A DNA stretch of 64,000 nucleotides from Ginglymostoma cirratum (taxonomy: Eukaryota). Where the stretch lies: contig JAHRHZ010000029.1 in the NCBI GenBank assembly GCA_024137785.1, forward strand, positions 21,480,262 to 21,544,261, given 5' to 3'. This document shows, in pieces, positions 48,831 to 60,560 of this stretch (position 1 is the first letter of the stretch; each line of letters starts with the position of its first letter). The notes under the pieces were generated by a model. It worked only from the letters and a program-made list of their open reading frames with translations, was not told where the DNA came from and searched no databases. The position numbers and the translations under genes are program-made.

Positions 48831-50184
48831 CACTGACTCTTATTGGTAGAAGCATCACCATGAAAAATGTAACAGTTAATGATGACTGGAAGTTAATCTT
48901 CAGCTTCGCTTGTATTTTAAACAAGGCAGATTGATCCTGATTAGTCGAGCCATTACCCTCAGTAATGAGAAGTTGGCCAGAAAATGGCATATACATATAT
49001 TTTATTATGTTAGAATAGGCACAACATGTATACATAAAACATAGGAGCAGAAGTAGGCCATTCAGCCCATCATCTCTGCTGACATGTTCTTTCTAAGTGC
49101 AAAGATCAGGACTCGATGTATTAATGTATATAGCTTCCAGGACACACAAACATGCCATATTGTAGGCCTGTTGTCAGACATGTGCTTTAGCATTTAAAAT
49201 ATTTTGAGTTGTAGCATGCAAAACCTGGTATAAATCTACATAAAGCTACATATGGTATAAGTTGGACCAGATCTACATTTAAGTTTCAGCCACCTATTCT
49301 CTATGAAGCTCCTTTGCCTGCTGTTGGGCTGTGCACAGCTGCGCCGTGGAACAGTCCAGTTCCTAACAGTGCATTCTTAACACCACATGGGTGGTGACTT
49401 TTTGCCTTCTGTCTGCTCACTCACTGGCTTAATTGCGGACAGGCTTTCCAGTAAAAAAATGGTCCCAGGTGGGTCACATTTTTGAAGTACTTGATTGCAA
49501 CAGTGCTTCATCTCACACAGCTGCATGCAGTTTAGAATGCTGCACTGACGATATTGTTTGTGAGTAAACGATTGAATTGTACAATGTTTAAATAAGATTA
49601 AATTTCCATTTAACAGGCTAGATTAGTCATTGAAAAGTCAAATACAGTATGATGGAAATGTAAGTAAATTAGGCAATAAGGAAGCTAATGAAGTTAAAGA
49701 ATTAAAGCACATATATAAAATGACACAAGTGAATGGTTTCCCTTTCCTTGTGTAATGAATGGGATGGGCTGAGGCAGAGGCAGATTTGGAAGGGTATGTT
49801 GAAAGATCAGAGGTCAAATCGATTTTAAATGTGTTCTGATCCCTTGTGAAACAGAAACATGTTCTCTCCGAAACAAGGCTGTCCAAGTAATACTAGGAGG
49901 AGAAAGAACTCATCATCCATTTTATATTTGTCCTGACTGTAAAGTAGCAATGCCCTTTAGTGTCATTGCAAGAAGCTGATAACTGCAGATGTGATCTAGA
50001 AAGGATAAATTACAGAAATCTTGTTAATAAGTCACAGAGTGGCAGGTAACATCAGTAGCTTATTTTTCTATACATCACTGAATTCTGTCATGCCTCATGT
50101 TCATTCCAAGTACTATGAACCACATTTGAAAAATATAAAAGAAACTTTGAGAAAACAGCATCTCTGGGTAAATGCAACATATGA

Positions 50185-50390
50185 CATCTGATGTGCTATT
50201 GAGCCGTTCAAGCCAGGAAAGTTCCAGCTTTTAGTTTTCAGTCTGTATTGAATTAACTGATCTCAGCTGGGATAACACAGTAGATGGTACTACAATTGAC
50301 CTCAATATCCCCAGGCTAAGGAAGGAAGAGTTGGCCAGGGTTGCTGCTTATATTCACTATCCCATGAAAAAATGCACCTGCTGCTCAGTT
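50185..50390 (+). mobile_element. LF-SINE-like element
   Basis: CCAGGAAAGTTCCAG..AGTCTGTATTGAATTAACTGATCTCAGCTGGG..CTACAATTGACCTCAATATCCCCAGGCTAAGGAAGG..GCCAGGGTT..CACTATCC parallels the recalled LF-SINE consensus. Confidence 0.65.
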
Positions 50391-50689
50391 GTCCTGCAAA
50401 TTGATTATCTTTTGGGGCATACGACTGAGTGACATTTTAAGCTATTTGACAGTGATATCTGATAATTATCAATGTCCAAGGAATTTTACTGTAGCATGAT
50501 TTTCCACCTCCAGAAGAGGAAGGAAGGACATTTAAAAATGAAGAGAATCCTTCTTGTCATAAAATGCATAATTTGGCACTGCACACGAAAATTTTAATAC
50601 AGAAAATAGAGGCTTCATTCTTATCTCCATATGCTCAGTGTGAACAAAATGTATGACTGCATTAATGTCTTGCTCATCTCTTCACAGTA

Positions 50690-52010
50690 CTTTAGTTCAT
50701 CTCCTGATGGAAACCTCAGCAATCACCTTACTACTCAAATGCTCTCCCGCATATTCTCACTCTTTACACCTCTGAAAACCTGAGCTCATGCAAAAATTTG
50801 CAATTCACACTCTAATTATCACAATTCCAGGTCATTCATCATTCTGTGCTCGCTGCCCTACATAGACTCACAGCCTGGTAACACCTTTGTATTAAAATTG
50901 TTGTCCTTATTTTCAAATCATTTCACGGTCTTATCCTTTTTCTGTGATATTCTCGAACATTACACTCCACTGAAACATATGTGACCCTTGTATATCTACA
51001 AGCTTAATTGATCGAACAACATAGACAGCTTAGTAGCATGGTGTAAAAACAACAATCTCTCCTTTAATGTGAGCAAAACTACGGATCTGGTCATCAACTT
51101 CAGGAAGCACAGTGGAGGACATTTCCCTGTGTGTATTAATGGTGCTGATGGGGAGATGATGGAGAATTTCAAGTTCCTAGGAGTAAATATCACCAATCTG
51201 TCCTGGTCCATCCATGTCAACATTATAGTCGAGAAAGCACACCAACGCCTCTACGTGCTCAGAAGGCTAAGGAAATTTAGCATATCCACAACGACTCTTA
51301 TCAATTTTTATAGATGCACCATAGAAAGCATCCTATCCGGATGCATCACAGCTTGGTATGGCAATGTTTCTGCCCAAGGCTGCATGAAATTACCAAGAGT
51401 TGTGAATGCAGCCCAGTCCATCACGCAAACTAGCCTTCTATCGATTGACTGTCTGTACTTCCTGCCATGCCAGAAAAGCAGCCAATATAATCAAAGACCA
51501 GTCCCAACGCTATTATATTATCCTTCACATTCTTCCCTCAGGCAGAAAGTACAAAAGGTTAAAAACACATAACCAACAGATTCTAGAACCGTCACTATCA
51601 GACTTATGAACGGACCTCTCATATTTTAGAGCTGATCTTTCTCTGGACCTCCTCCGTAGCTGCAATATTCTATATTCTGCATTCTATCCTTTTACACTTA
51701 TATACTTATGTAAGATATGATTTGCCTGGATAGCATACAAAACAATACATTTCACTGTTATTGGTACATGCGATTATAATCAATTAAATCAAATCAAAAT
51801 CAAATCATGGTAGGTCATGCCTTCAGCTACCTGGCCCCTAAGCCATGGGATTACCTCCCTAAATTCCTGATTCTTCCTCTTTTAGGATGATCTCTAAAAT
51901 AATTTTTGTTGATCAAGATTTTGGTCCCAATATCTCTTTCCGTGGCTTGGTGTCAATTTTGTTTGAAATGCTTAAATTACAATGTTAAACATGCTTTACA
52001 AGTGCAAGTT
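50690..52010 (+). mobile_element. L2-type LINE 3' remnant interrupted by a Rex1 element
   Basis: CATTCTGTGCTCGCTGCCCTACA..AAAATTGTTGTCCTTATTTTCAAATC before the insertion and GCCTTCAGCTACCTGGCCCCTAAG..CCTCCCTAAA after it. Confidence 0.55.
50995..51807 (+). mobile_element. Rex1/Babar LINE 3' portion
   Basis: ORF 51069-51572: KTTDLVINFRK..FKFLGVNIT.NLSWS.H..KAHQRLYVLRRLRKF..LINFYRCTIESILSGCITAWYGN; (AAATC)n tail 51787-51807. Confidence 0.9.
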
Positions 52011-52714
52011 GTTGTTTTTGCTCTCAACCACCACCAAACAAACAGCAGATAAAGCAGAGGAATAACATTTAGTTGGAGGAAACTGTTGACAAATGATTCT
52101 GAGGGTTAGAAAATCAGGATAACAGTAAAATATTTTGAAACTGCACATCAATCTACATGTGAATAGTTCTGGTATTATTTTGAGGGAATCAAGGTTGGCA
52201 ACATTTGTTAGAAGCAGCATTTCTTCACAGCAGTGTTTATTTTACTATTATAAGATGATAATGTATGCTTAAGTAAAATAATAACACTTAAGCTGAGCAC
52301 CAATATGCTGCATAAAGTAATGCTATGACATGAAGTTGTGGTCACAATTTCCCACATAGATCTTCCAGGGTAGGGATGTGCCAAGTTGAAGAAAAACAGA
52401 ACCCTCACAGCTGAGGTGGAAAAATCAGGTGTACAGATTATTGCTTAGTGGTCATGTCATAAGTGGGCCACTTCCCACAATGTAGGCAAAATAAGGAAGT
52501 AGATGACCTGCCAGCCGTCTTGACTGGGGCATAATGTACCACACATAGGAGATCAAACAGAATTTTAAAAAAAAATTCACCATTGAGCAACTGAGGTAAT
52601 TTAATGCTAGTTCCTGAGATTCTTTTTGGTCAAAAGAGCATGTGTCCTGTCTACATGATTGAGGGACCTTGCAAGCTTGCCATTATGCTTTTAATGGTTT
52701 TAAATCCAGAAAGA

Positions 52715-53140
52715 AGGCATTTATGTAGCATACGCCATGACCTCATGATGTCCCCTAAGCAGTTTACAAACATTGAGGTATTTTTGAAGTGCTGCCACTG
52801 TTCTCATGTAAGAAATGCAGCTGCCAATTTGTGCACAGGAAGCATCCACAAACTACAATATGATAATGATCAGAAAATCTGTTCATGAGTTTTGGTTGCA
52901 GCATAAATACCGGCAAAGACACAGGGGAAAACAACCCTGCCATTCTTGAGATAGTGCCAACATATCTTACATCCACCTGAGAACTGGAGTTGGGCCTAAA
53001 TTTAATGTCTCATCTAAATGACAGCCCCTCTGGCAGTGCTCAAAAATATCAGCTTAGATGTTATGCTTGTCGCTGGAACAGAACTGGAATCCACAGCCTT
53101 CCAATTAGAAAATGCTGTCCTCTGATCCATGACTGACATC
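52715..53140 (-). mobile_element. Deu-domain SINE (SacSINE1-like), near full length
   Basis: Minus strand: TTTAGATGAGACATTAAA..CTCAGGTGGATGTAAGA..GGCACTAT..CAGATTTTCTGATCATTATCA..TGTGCACAAATTGGCAGCTGCATTTC..CACTTCAAAAATAC..ATAAATGC. Confidence 0.8.
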
Positions 53141-54469
53141 ACGAAGTTGGGAAGTGGTCTCTCTAAGAATGCATTGTTTGCAGTGTAAGCTAAACCCTGA
53201 TGATTATTTCACTGCCATCTCTCAGATGTGTAGAGTGAGATACTGTACAGATACTTCAGAAAATATATTAATGCAATCATCGTACGAAGACTGCAACAAC
53301 ATTCCCTTGATGAAGTTCAAAGAAAACTATCTAAATTGACAGTTTGCTTTCAGTAATTTCTGGATAGAGGCACAAAATGCATCCACATCAGATCATGTCT
53401 TTATTACACCTTGGGTACTATATTACAGAAGTAATGGAGAAGAAAATCTATTCATACTAATGCATCAAAGCTCTTAACAGTGCATCTGTTATGTGCACAA
53501 GTTTCATATTTAGGTGGACCTTTTCAAGTCACTTTTAAATATGTGCTGCTTGGGTAAAGTCAGACAAGCATAGGATGGTGACTCATTCATTTCAATAGTA
53601 AACTACTGTACGAAAGACAGTAACCTTTTTAAAACTACCTAGGCATTTGTTCAAAACAGTCAGACATCAAATCCTTTCAACAAATTTTATTGCAAAGCTC
53701 CACCTTTTTAAAAAAAATGCCTTTCATTCAGTTTCAAGAATCCATTCCATGCTGTGGTAATGTCTTGTAGGACCACATATAGAACTAAATTACGTAGATG
53801 CATGCAGAAACCAAGTATACATCAGGATAGAAGGTCACACCCGAGTGTAAGGTAACAGCGACAGAAATCGTTCGATGCGGGCTTCTTCACACTCTATTCC
53901 TGGTGACTCAGAGTTTGAAAGTAAATATACAGCCATAGAAATTTGATAGTTTCTTGCCCATTTTCCAAGTGCAAAAATGCAACAAACATCAGTGCAACAA
54001 AGCAGCTGGTTATTATGCATAGGAAGCCTATCATATTGATAAAGTCAGAAAAATATACTTCCAGGGCAAGCTTCTGAAACATGCATGTTCGGATTTTAGT
54101 CTGTAAAGTACCTAAGTTTTTTTTTGAGGCCCTCTTTTGCAAAACTGGGCTACCCTGAACATAGTATGATCATTAAAATATACTCTTCATGTGTTCTAAC
54201 AACTGTTCTTTAAAATGATTGCTGGAGGCCACCACCAAAATTGTGACTTTAAAAAGATCCTTACAAGAATGTGAAGCTGTGTAGACTGCAGGAATGCTCC
54301 TGCTGTGGCCATTGTAATGCCAAAGGCCTTTGCTGGCCCCTGTATGGATTCCTCCTTTTCTCCTCATCACTGCTGAAGTTAATTGCACAACAGCACTATG
54401 AACGCTCTCCATGTGCTCATCTCATTTTTCAGGCCCTATTGGGCATTTACTTTGTCATATATGTTTCTT

Positions 54470-54835
54470 TTTCATTCATTCACAGGATGAAGATGTCACT
54501 AGCTAGGCCAGCATTTATTGCCCATCCCTAATCGCCCAGAGGCCAGTTAAGAATCAACCACATTGCTATGGGTCTGGAGTCATATGTAGGCTAGACCAGA
54601 TAAGGATGACAGTTCCTTTTCCTAAAGGACATTAGTGAACCAGATGGGTTTTTCCTGACAGCTGAGAATGTATTCATGGTCATCATTGGACTCTTAATTC
54701 CAGAGTTTTATTAAAATTTAATTCAAATTCCACCATCTTCTGTGATGGGGTTCAAACCCAGGTCCCCAGAACATTACCTGGGTCTCTGGGTTAACAGTCC
54801 AATGATAATGCCACTAGGCCATTGTTTCACCCCAT
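54470..54835 (-). mobile_element. Full-length tRNA-derived SINE with LINE-derived tail
   Basis: Head TGGCCTAGTGG (box A)..GGGTTTTGAACCCC (box B-like); tail GGGCAATAAATGCTGGCC..TGAATGAATGAAAAA shared with the LINE end at 24530-24600. Confidence 0.85.
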
Positions 54836-55339
54836 GAAGAGCCACCATATTACTGTTAACTGATTTCTGATACAATCTCTTTGAAAAATACAATAAACAG
54901 ACTCCTGAAAGTGTATGATTCATCAAGTGCAAAGCTACCAACCTTAAATACACTTCTGCCTGTTGAACTACCTTGCAGCGCATGAAAAAAAAGCCACTTA
55001 CTCCAGTAAGCCCATGAAGGAAACAGTGCAGATTTCAGAACCAAAGGAATCCCAGGACTGTGTAAACACATCAGAATAGCAAAGAAAAAAAAATCAACTG
55101 AACATGCCTTAGAGGAGTGAGAATATATAAAAAAAAGACTTAAGAGCAAAAGAGTAACGAGCTATGAAGTGCAGCCTGAAGCTGCAAATGTGTTAAGAAA
55201 GTTTGTTGCTTTGGTTTTTAATCGAGGAAGAAACTGGTAGCATACTTACCTTGAAAGGGAACAAGATGGTGTTGCTGAGGTAAGTTCTGGCAGTAGTCCC
55301 AACCGTAATGGTTGCTAAACAGCTGTTCTAGAGTAAGAT

Positions 55340-56150
55340 AAATAAGTTTCAAGGGCTGGATAAGATACATCTGAGGATCCTTAAGGAACTAAGGGAGGAA
55401 ATTACAGGAACTCTGGCACAAATTTTCCAGAAATCATTAAATATGGTAGAGGTGTCTGGGGACTGGAAAAAGACAGATGTTGTTCTTATTTTAAAAAGAT
55501 AGCAAAAGACACTCAGTAGACTACAAAACTAGAGATTGGTGAGCCTGTAGAATTCTCTGCCACAGAATGTGGTTGAGGCCAAAATATTGGATGTTTTCAA
55601 GGAGGAGATGGTTCTTACGGTTAAAGGAATCAAAGGATATGGGGCAAAAGTGGGAACAGGTACTGGGTAGAGTAATCAGTCGTGATCATATTGATGGCAA
55701 AGCAGGCTCGAAGGGTCAAATAGCCTACTTCTATTCCTACTTTCTATGTTTCTAAACCAGTGAGTTTGCTATTCATTGTGGATAACATTATGGAGACCTT
55801 GATTGAAGAGACAACCATGCATCCATGAAGAGGAGGTTTTATCAGTCTAATTTATTGCATTTGTTTTCAAAAGCTTGCGACAAAAATGCTTAGTAAGTAT
55901 TAGACAGTAAACGTGATTTACTTTGATTTCAGTAGGGTCTTTGATATAGTTCCTGTGGAAAGGGTGGTCATAGAAAAAAGGAAAACTTTACAATCAGTGA
56001 AAATATTTAACATTGGATATGTAAATAAATCCAGAGTGTTGTGCTGCAAGGATTGCCATCAATCTGAGAGCATGGTACTATTTGGGTTCTTGAAGGGACT
56101 GTTTTGGGATCTCCTTTTAGTATCATTATAAATAATAGAGAGCAAAAGTT
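55340..56150 (+). mobile_element. CR1 ORF2 remnant with nested CR1 3' end (about 55545-55755)
   Basis: GLDKIHLRILKELREEITGTLAQIFQKSL..GEVSGDWKKTDVV..; VIYFDFSRVFDIVP; nested tail GCCTACTTCTATTCCTACTTTCTATGTTTCTA. Confidence 0.8.
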
Positions 56151-56719
56151 ATAAGGTCAATGGTTAACCTTGCGGTAAGCTGCAAATCTGGACAGCATAA
56201 TTGTAGGTGGATTTAAATACACTTGGATATTCTGAAGGCTGATTGAATGTAAAGTGGCTGACATGGTGACAAGAAAAAAATCATAAATGAAACAATTACT
56301 TAGAGGGAAATAAAAAATATGTATGTATAGGTAAAGTTTTAAAATGTACAAATTGCAGGTACTGCAACAATGTATGTTTGAAGAAATGCATTTGCGGCTT
56401 GCCATAGTCAAGTGACCTCAGCTGTAACTTGCTTTCACTTCAGAAGTTGTAGCAGAAGCGCAGAGGTTATCAATCATCAGCTAGCCTAATGAATGAATTA
56501 ATTTGCATTAATAGTTTAATGGATGAGGATTTGCATCATATTGAAACACTGGTCAGGACCAACAAGAACTACATTATGGAAAAAAAAAATCGCTTCAAGT
56601 CGGGTATTAGCAGCAGCAGTTCACTGCTTGCTTCTCTTGGCCATCAGACAACTCTAACAGAATTGTACCATATTTGAAACATTAACTCTGTTTCTCTATC
56701 CACAGATGCTGCCAAACCC

Positions 56720-57540
56720 ATGAAGAAGACTGCTGGACAGATGTCAAGACAATGATTCTGATGAATCACTCTACATTGTATAACAGGGTGGCATTATCAG
56801 ATCAAAAGGTAACAAATGATTTGTGACTGTTATAATGATGGCTATAGAAAGAGGGATAAACTGAATGAGACATGTCAAATAGACCCCAGTGCAACATGCA
56901 ACCTTACGCTTTGCAGACCTGTGGGAAGTGGCTCAAGGTGGTCAGAAAATTAATTCCTCAACAGTAAAGTTGAACAATTTGATGGGAATTATACAAATCC
57001 CAAGAGGACAAATGAAGTTGCAAGTAAAATACAGTGAGAAGAATGAAGATTTTCCGTTCCAGATAGCAGACTTTAAGTGAAGTCAACTAATCTCACCTGA
57101 AGCGAGTCCAAAGCTCGAACTGGCAAACCTAAATGTGCCAGCCGAGACTTGCAATGTTTTACAGGCCACTATGCTATTGACTGCTGAACATATCTTAGAA
57201 AAGTACAAAGATGTTTAAACATGTCTTGATGAATATTATCTGAAAGTACAGGACAGTGTGATACCGAGTCAGTATCTGCTGAACAGATTTCTAGCTGCCC
57301 TCAAGCCCAGCCTGAAAAACAAGATGGAGAAACTGATTTGTAGCAAAGGTGGAGCTACTTGCAAATGCAGTGCAATCATTGTGGGATTTGTGAATCACCT
57401 TGCACAGTTCTTGCCTAAGTTATCATCAGAGTGTGAACCTTTACACAAGTTCACTGCTAAGGATATACAGTAGTATTGGAGCGCAGAACATAAAGTAGAT
57501 TTCTTCTTGAATTGAAACAACAAACAATAACAACTTGACA
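56720..57540 (+). mobile_element. Gypsy LTR-retrotransposon pol remnant
   Basis: PRGQMKLQVKY..FQI; VIPSQYLLNRFLAALKPSLKNKMEKL; VGFVNHLAQFLPKLSSECEPLHKFTAKDIQ resemble Gypsy protease and RT-connection motifs (GFVNYLAKFLP.LS..CEPLR.L..KD..W). Confidence 0.7.
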
Positions 57541-57875
57541 ATCCCTGGAAGTCTTTCACCCATTAAAGGCATTGGGTGGAATTTTCCATGACTTCATCGA
57601 TGCAAGTGGGCATCATCAAATTACCAACGTTGGCACAATACCACAACCATTTTCAGAACAACTCACGGACTATTTCAGCTTTGAGCTCAGGGACAATTAT
57701 GATTTGCATGCTTATGCACGGGCACACATATGTTTCTCATGCATCTACACAGGATGCATCTTATGGTTCTTAGTTTACTGTCTTTGAGCTCATTCACTTT
57801 GCAACTGCTTAGAAACTGCCTGACTCTGTGGCTTGTTTCTTCGTGCACAGGCAGAGGCGGCAGTTTGAACAGTCA

Positions 57876-57990
57876 GAGAATCATACAGCACGGAGACAGA
57901 CCCCACCTCAGCCCAACCCATCCATGCCGAACATAATCCCAAACTAGTCCTACCTGCCTGCTCCTGGCCCATATCCCTCCAAATCTTTCA
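57876..57990 (-). mobile_element. CR1 3' tail fragment
   Basis: GAATCATACAGCACGGAGACAGACCC..CCAACCCATCCATGCCGA..CTAGTCCTACCTGCCTGC..GGCCCATATCCCTCCAAA. Confidence 0.75.
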
Positions 57991-58631
57991 ATCAAGGAGG
58001 AGGACATGCTGATGTATCACAGTGCTGTACAATGTGCCTGCAGCTTATATGGCAAACACACTGCATGTCCTTTAATCAAATAGTCATGTCCGAAAATCAA
58101 AAGGAATCAGTACTTAGTTGCTGTGGTGAATCTTGCATATGGTTCACACAACTGCCAATGTGCACTGGTGTTGGAGTGCAGTCAATGTTTAAGGTGGATA
58201 GAGTGCTGAGCAAGCAGACTGCACTATGCTAGATTGTGGTGAGCTTGGAAACTGCCACCACCGCTCACTGAATCCCGTCTCCTCTTGGTCGGAGTAAGTC
58301 AGCCCTTCATGTGTGCTTGATGACTAAAGTATGTTAGAAGGTGTAGATTCTACTGTAAATTGGTTTTGAAATCTGATAAGTTGTCTTAACCCTACGTTAT
58401 CACAACAAAAAGGATGGTGTCTTCTTTCAGATTTCCCTTAATATCACACATAATGCCTTGGCTGAGGGAGCAAAGAAACAACTTGATATTAGGTCTCTGC
58501 CCAACAATACTCTCCATCAACCAAGCTGAAGGTACAGAGAACAGTTTCATCCTTTTTATCTCTGTCTCTGTCTGATTTTTCTACCCTTCCATTCGAGTTA
58601 TTAGCTAAATGTATGGGAAACTGGAGAAATT

Positions 58632-58962
58632 AGACCATAAGATACTGAAGCAGAAGTAGGCCATTAATGCCCATTGAGTCTGCTCCAGCTTTCAATAAGA
58701 TCATGGCTCATCTGATAATCCTCAACTTTGCTTTCTTGCCTTTTAGTAATAACCCTTGATTCCCTTACTAATTAAAAATCTGTGTATCTCAGCCTTGAAT
58801 CTTGTTTGTGACCATTTGTTTAATTGGTCCATTTCCCAATTTCCCTAGCAAACTGTGTGATCCTCACCACTTGCCTTCCACCTATTTTTGTGTCATTTAC
58901 AAACTTGGCTATAATACATTCACCTTCTTCATCCAAGTCATTAATATATTGTTTCAATAATT
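58632..58962 (-). mobile_element. CR1 3' fragment (internally deleted)
   Basis: AGACCATAAGATA..GCAGAAGTAGGCCAT..ATAAGATCATGGCTCATCTG; TTTTGTGTCATTTACAAACTT (antisense of KFVNDTK, decayed FADDTK). Confidence 0.8.
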
Positions 58963-59009
58963 GTATAAGTTGCCATCAGTAAATTCTGAAAGTAGTAAAT
59001 TCAGTAAAC

Positions 59010-59345
59010 TAGATTATCTCACATGCAAGTCTAGCAGCAGGATGAAAACCCTAGCTTTTTGCAGTAACAGAGAATGGAATAAGAACTTCCACATCCAGCT
59101 TCAAGACCCCAGCAACTGCAGAAAGCTAAAGTTAAAAATCCTGGTTTTATGGGAGCCCGACCCCACCCATTCAGGTTGCTTCTATTATTCCAACTTATTA
59201 AAAAAAAACCAAGGCCTCACAAGCTGTTTATTACATTAGCTTTGAGCTAATACTCAATACTTTTAGCTCAATGCTTCTGTTCCAACTTTTTTACATAAAA
59301 AAAACCAGGACAAAATACACCTCTTATAGCCATAGTATCATCACA
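59010..59345 (-). mobile_element. Possible solo LTR fragment
   Basis: Minus strand begins TGTGATGATACTATGGCTATAAGAGG (TG start); no clear other end. Confidence 0.3.
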
Positions 59346-60495
59346 AAACAACACTGCTAAATTAAATAAAAGCTACTTTCCATTTGGTAAATAAGGCTAA
59401 CACTGTAACAATGTGACAGACTGTTTCATTGTTCTTACTTAATCAGGTATTCAGCATACTATCTCGCAGATTCATGTAACATAATATACTCATTTGGAAT
59501 ACTCTGCAGTGCACTGTGTTATTCCAAACTGCAGACTGTGGTCTACAATGGTTGCCCAGATCACATTGATGTCGTGTGCAGTTCCTGTTCTGAAGGTGTA
59601 ATGGAGACGGTAGAGGGGTGGTTGAAGGCTCTGACAGTATAGCCCTGGACCTGAAGGACTAGATTTTGCAGGGTACTGTGGTCCTCACTTACTTCCTCCC
59701 ACCAGCCAAAATGTCTGAAGGAAGGGAGATGGCCCAGTATCAATATGGCTGTCCTTCAGGAGTACTAGAAGCAGTATTAATTGCTTTAAGGCAAGACTTT
59801 TACTCCTTCCTTAGGAAGGATTCCATCTCAAGAGGACTGCTGGCCAATCAATGGCTGGCAGCTTGATTGTTCCAGTTTCATCAGCCAAGAGCAGTGGTCA
59901 CTGCTGGGAGAACTGCCATTTCAGAAGGCCCAGGAAAAGCCAGGGTCAGGGGTTTCAGTGAGGGGGTAAGGGTGGAGGATTAGGTTTAAGATGATGGGAG
60001 GAGAAGATTAAAGTGGTGGATGGCTTGGTGAGGGGTGCCTCTGATTGACCTGGGGGCCAGTAAAGGAGTCTTCTGTTACCAAGGAATATGGAGAGTTTCG
60101 TTGAAATCACAAAGTGCTAATATAAAATAATAACAGTTTTACAAAGGACATTAAACCTCAAACTTTCATACTTGTATGATGTAATGTTTATTATGAGGTG
60201 ATCTGTAATAATGTGAATACTAATAGTTATGTACTGAATATTACTATGCTGCTTTATTACTGTTTTGTTTATGCTGGCATCCAGGTTCACATTTGAGAAT
60301 AGTTTGGGAAGCACTAAAGTAGTAAATACATGTCAACTTGATGGTTGTGCGTGGGCATGCACACTTAACAGTGTCTTCTGAATCAGAACAAATAGCAAAT
60401 GAGATAGTTCCAAACTCATGGATTAGCTGGATAGGGAATGTAATGTTGCAAGCTAATTCTCGGACTATTGCATAAGCGTTGTATTTGCCAGCTAC

Positions 60496-60560
60496 ACCAC
60501 ACAGTGTCCCAGAAAAAATACCACACAGTGTCCCAGAAAAAATACCACACAGTGTCCCAG
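60496..60560. repeat. Perfect 24-bp tandem repeat, about 2.7 copies
   Basis: ACCACACAGTGTCCCAGAAAAAAT x2 followed by ACCACACAGTGTCCCAG. Confidence 0.95.

Noticed and set aside
60496-60560. CRISPR-like array
   Set aside because: Units are contiguous identical tandem copies with no unique spacers; vertebrate context and no cas genes.
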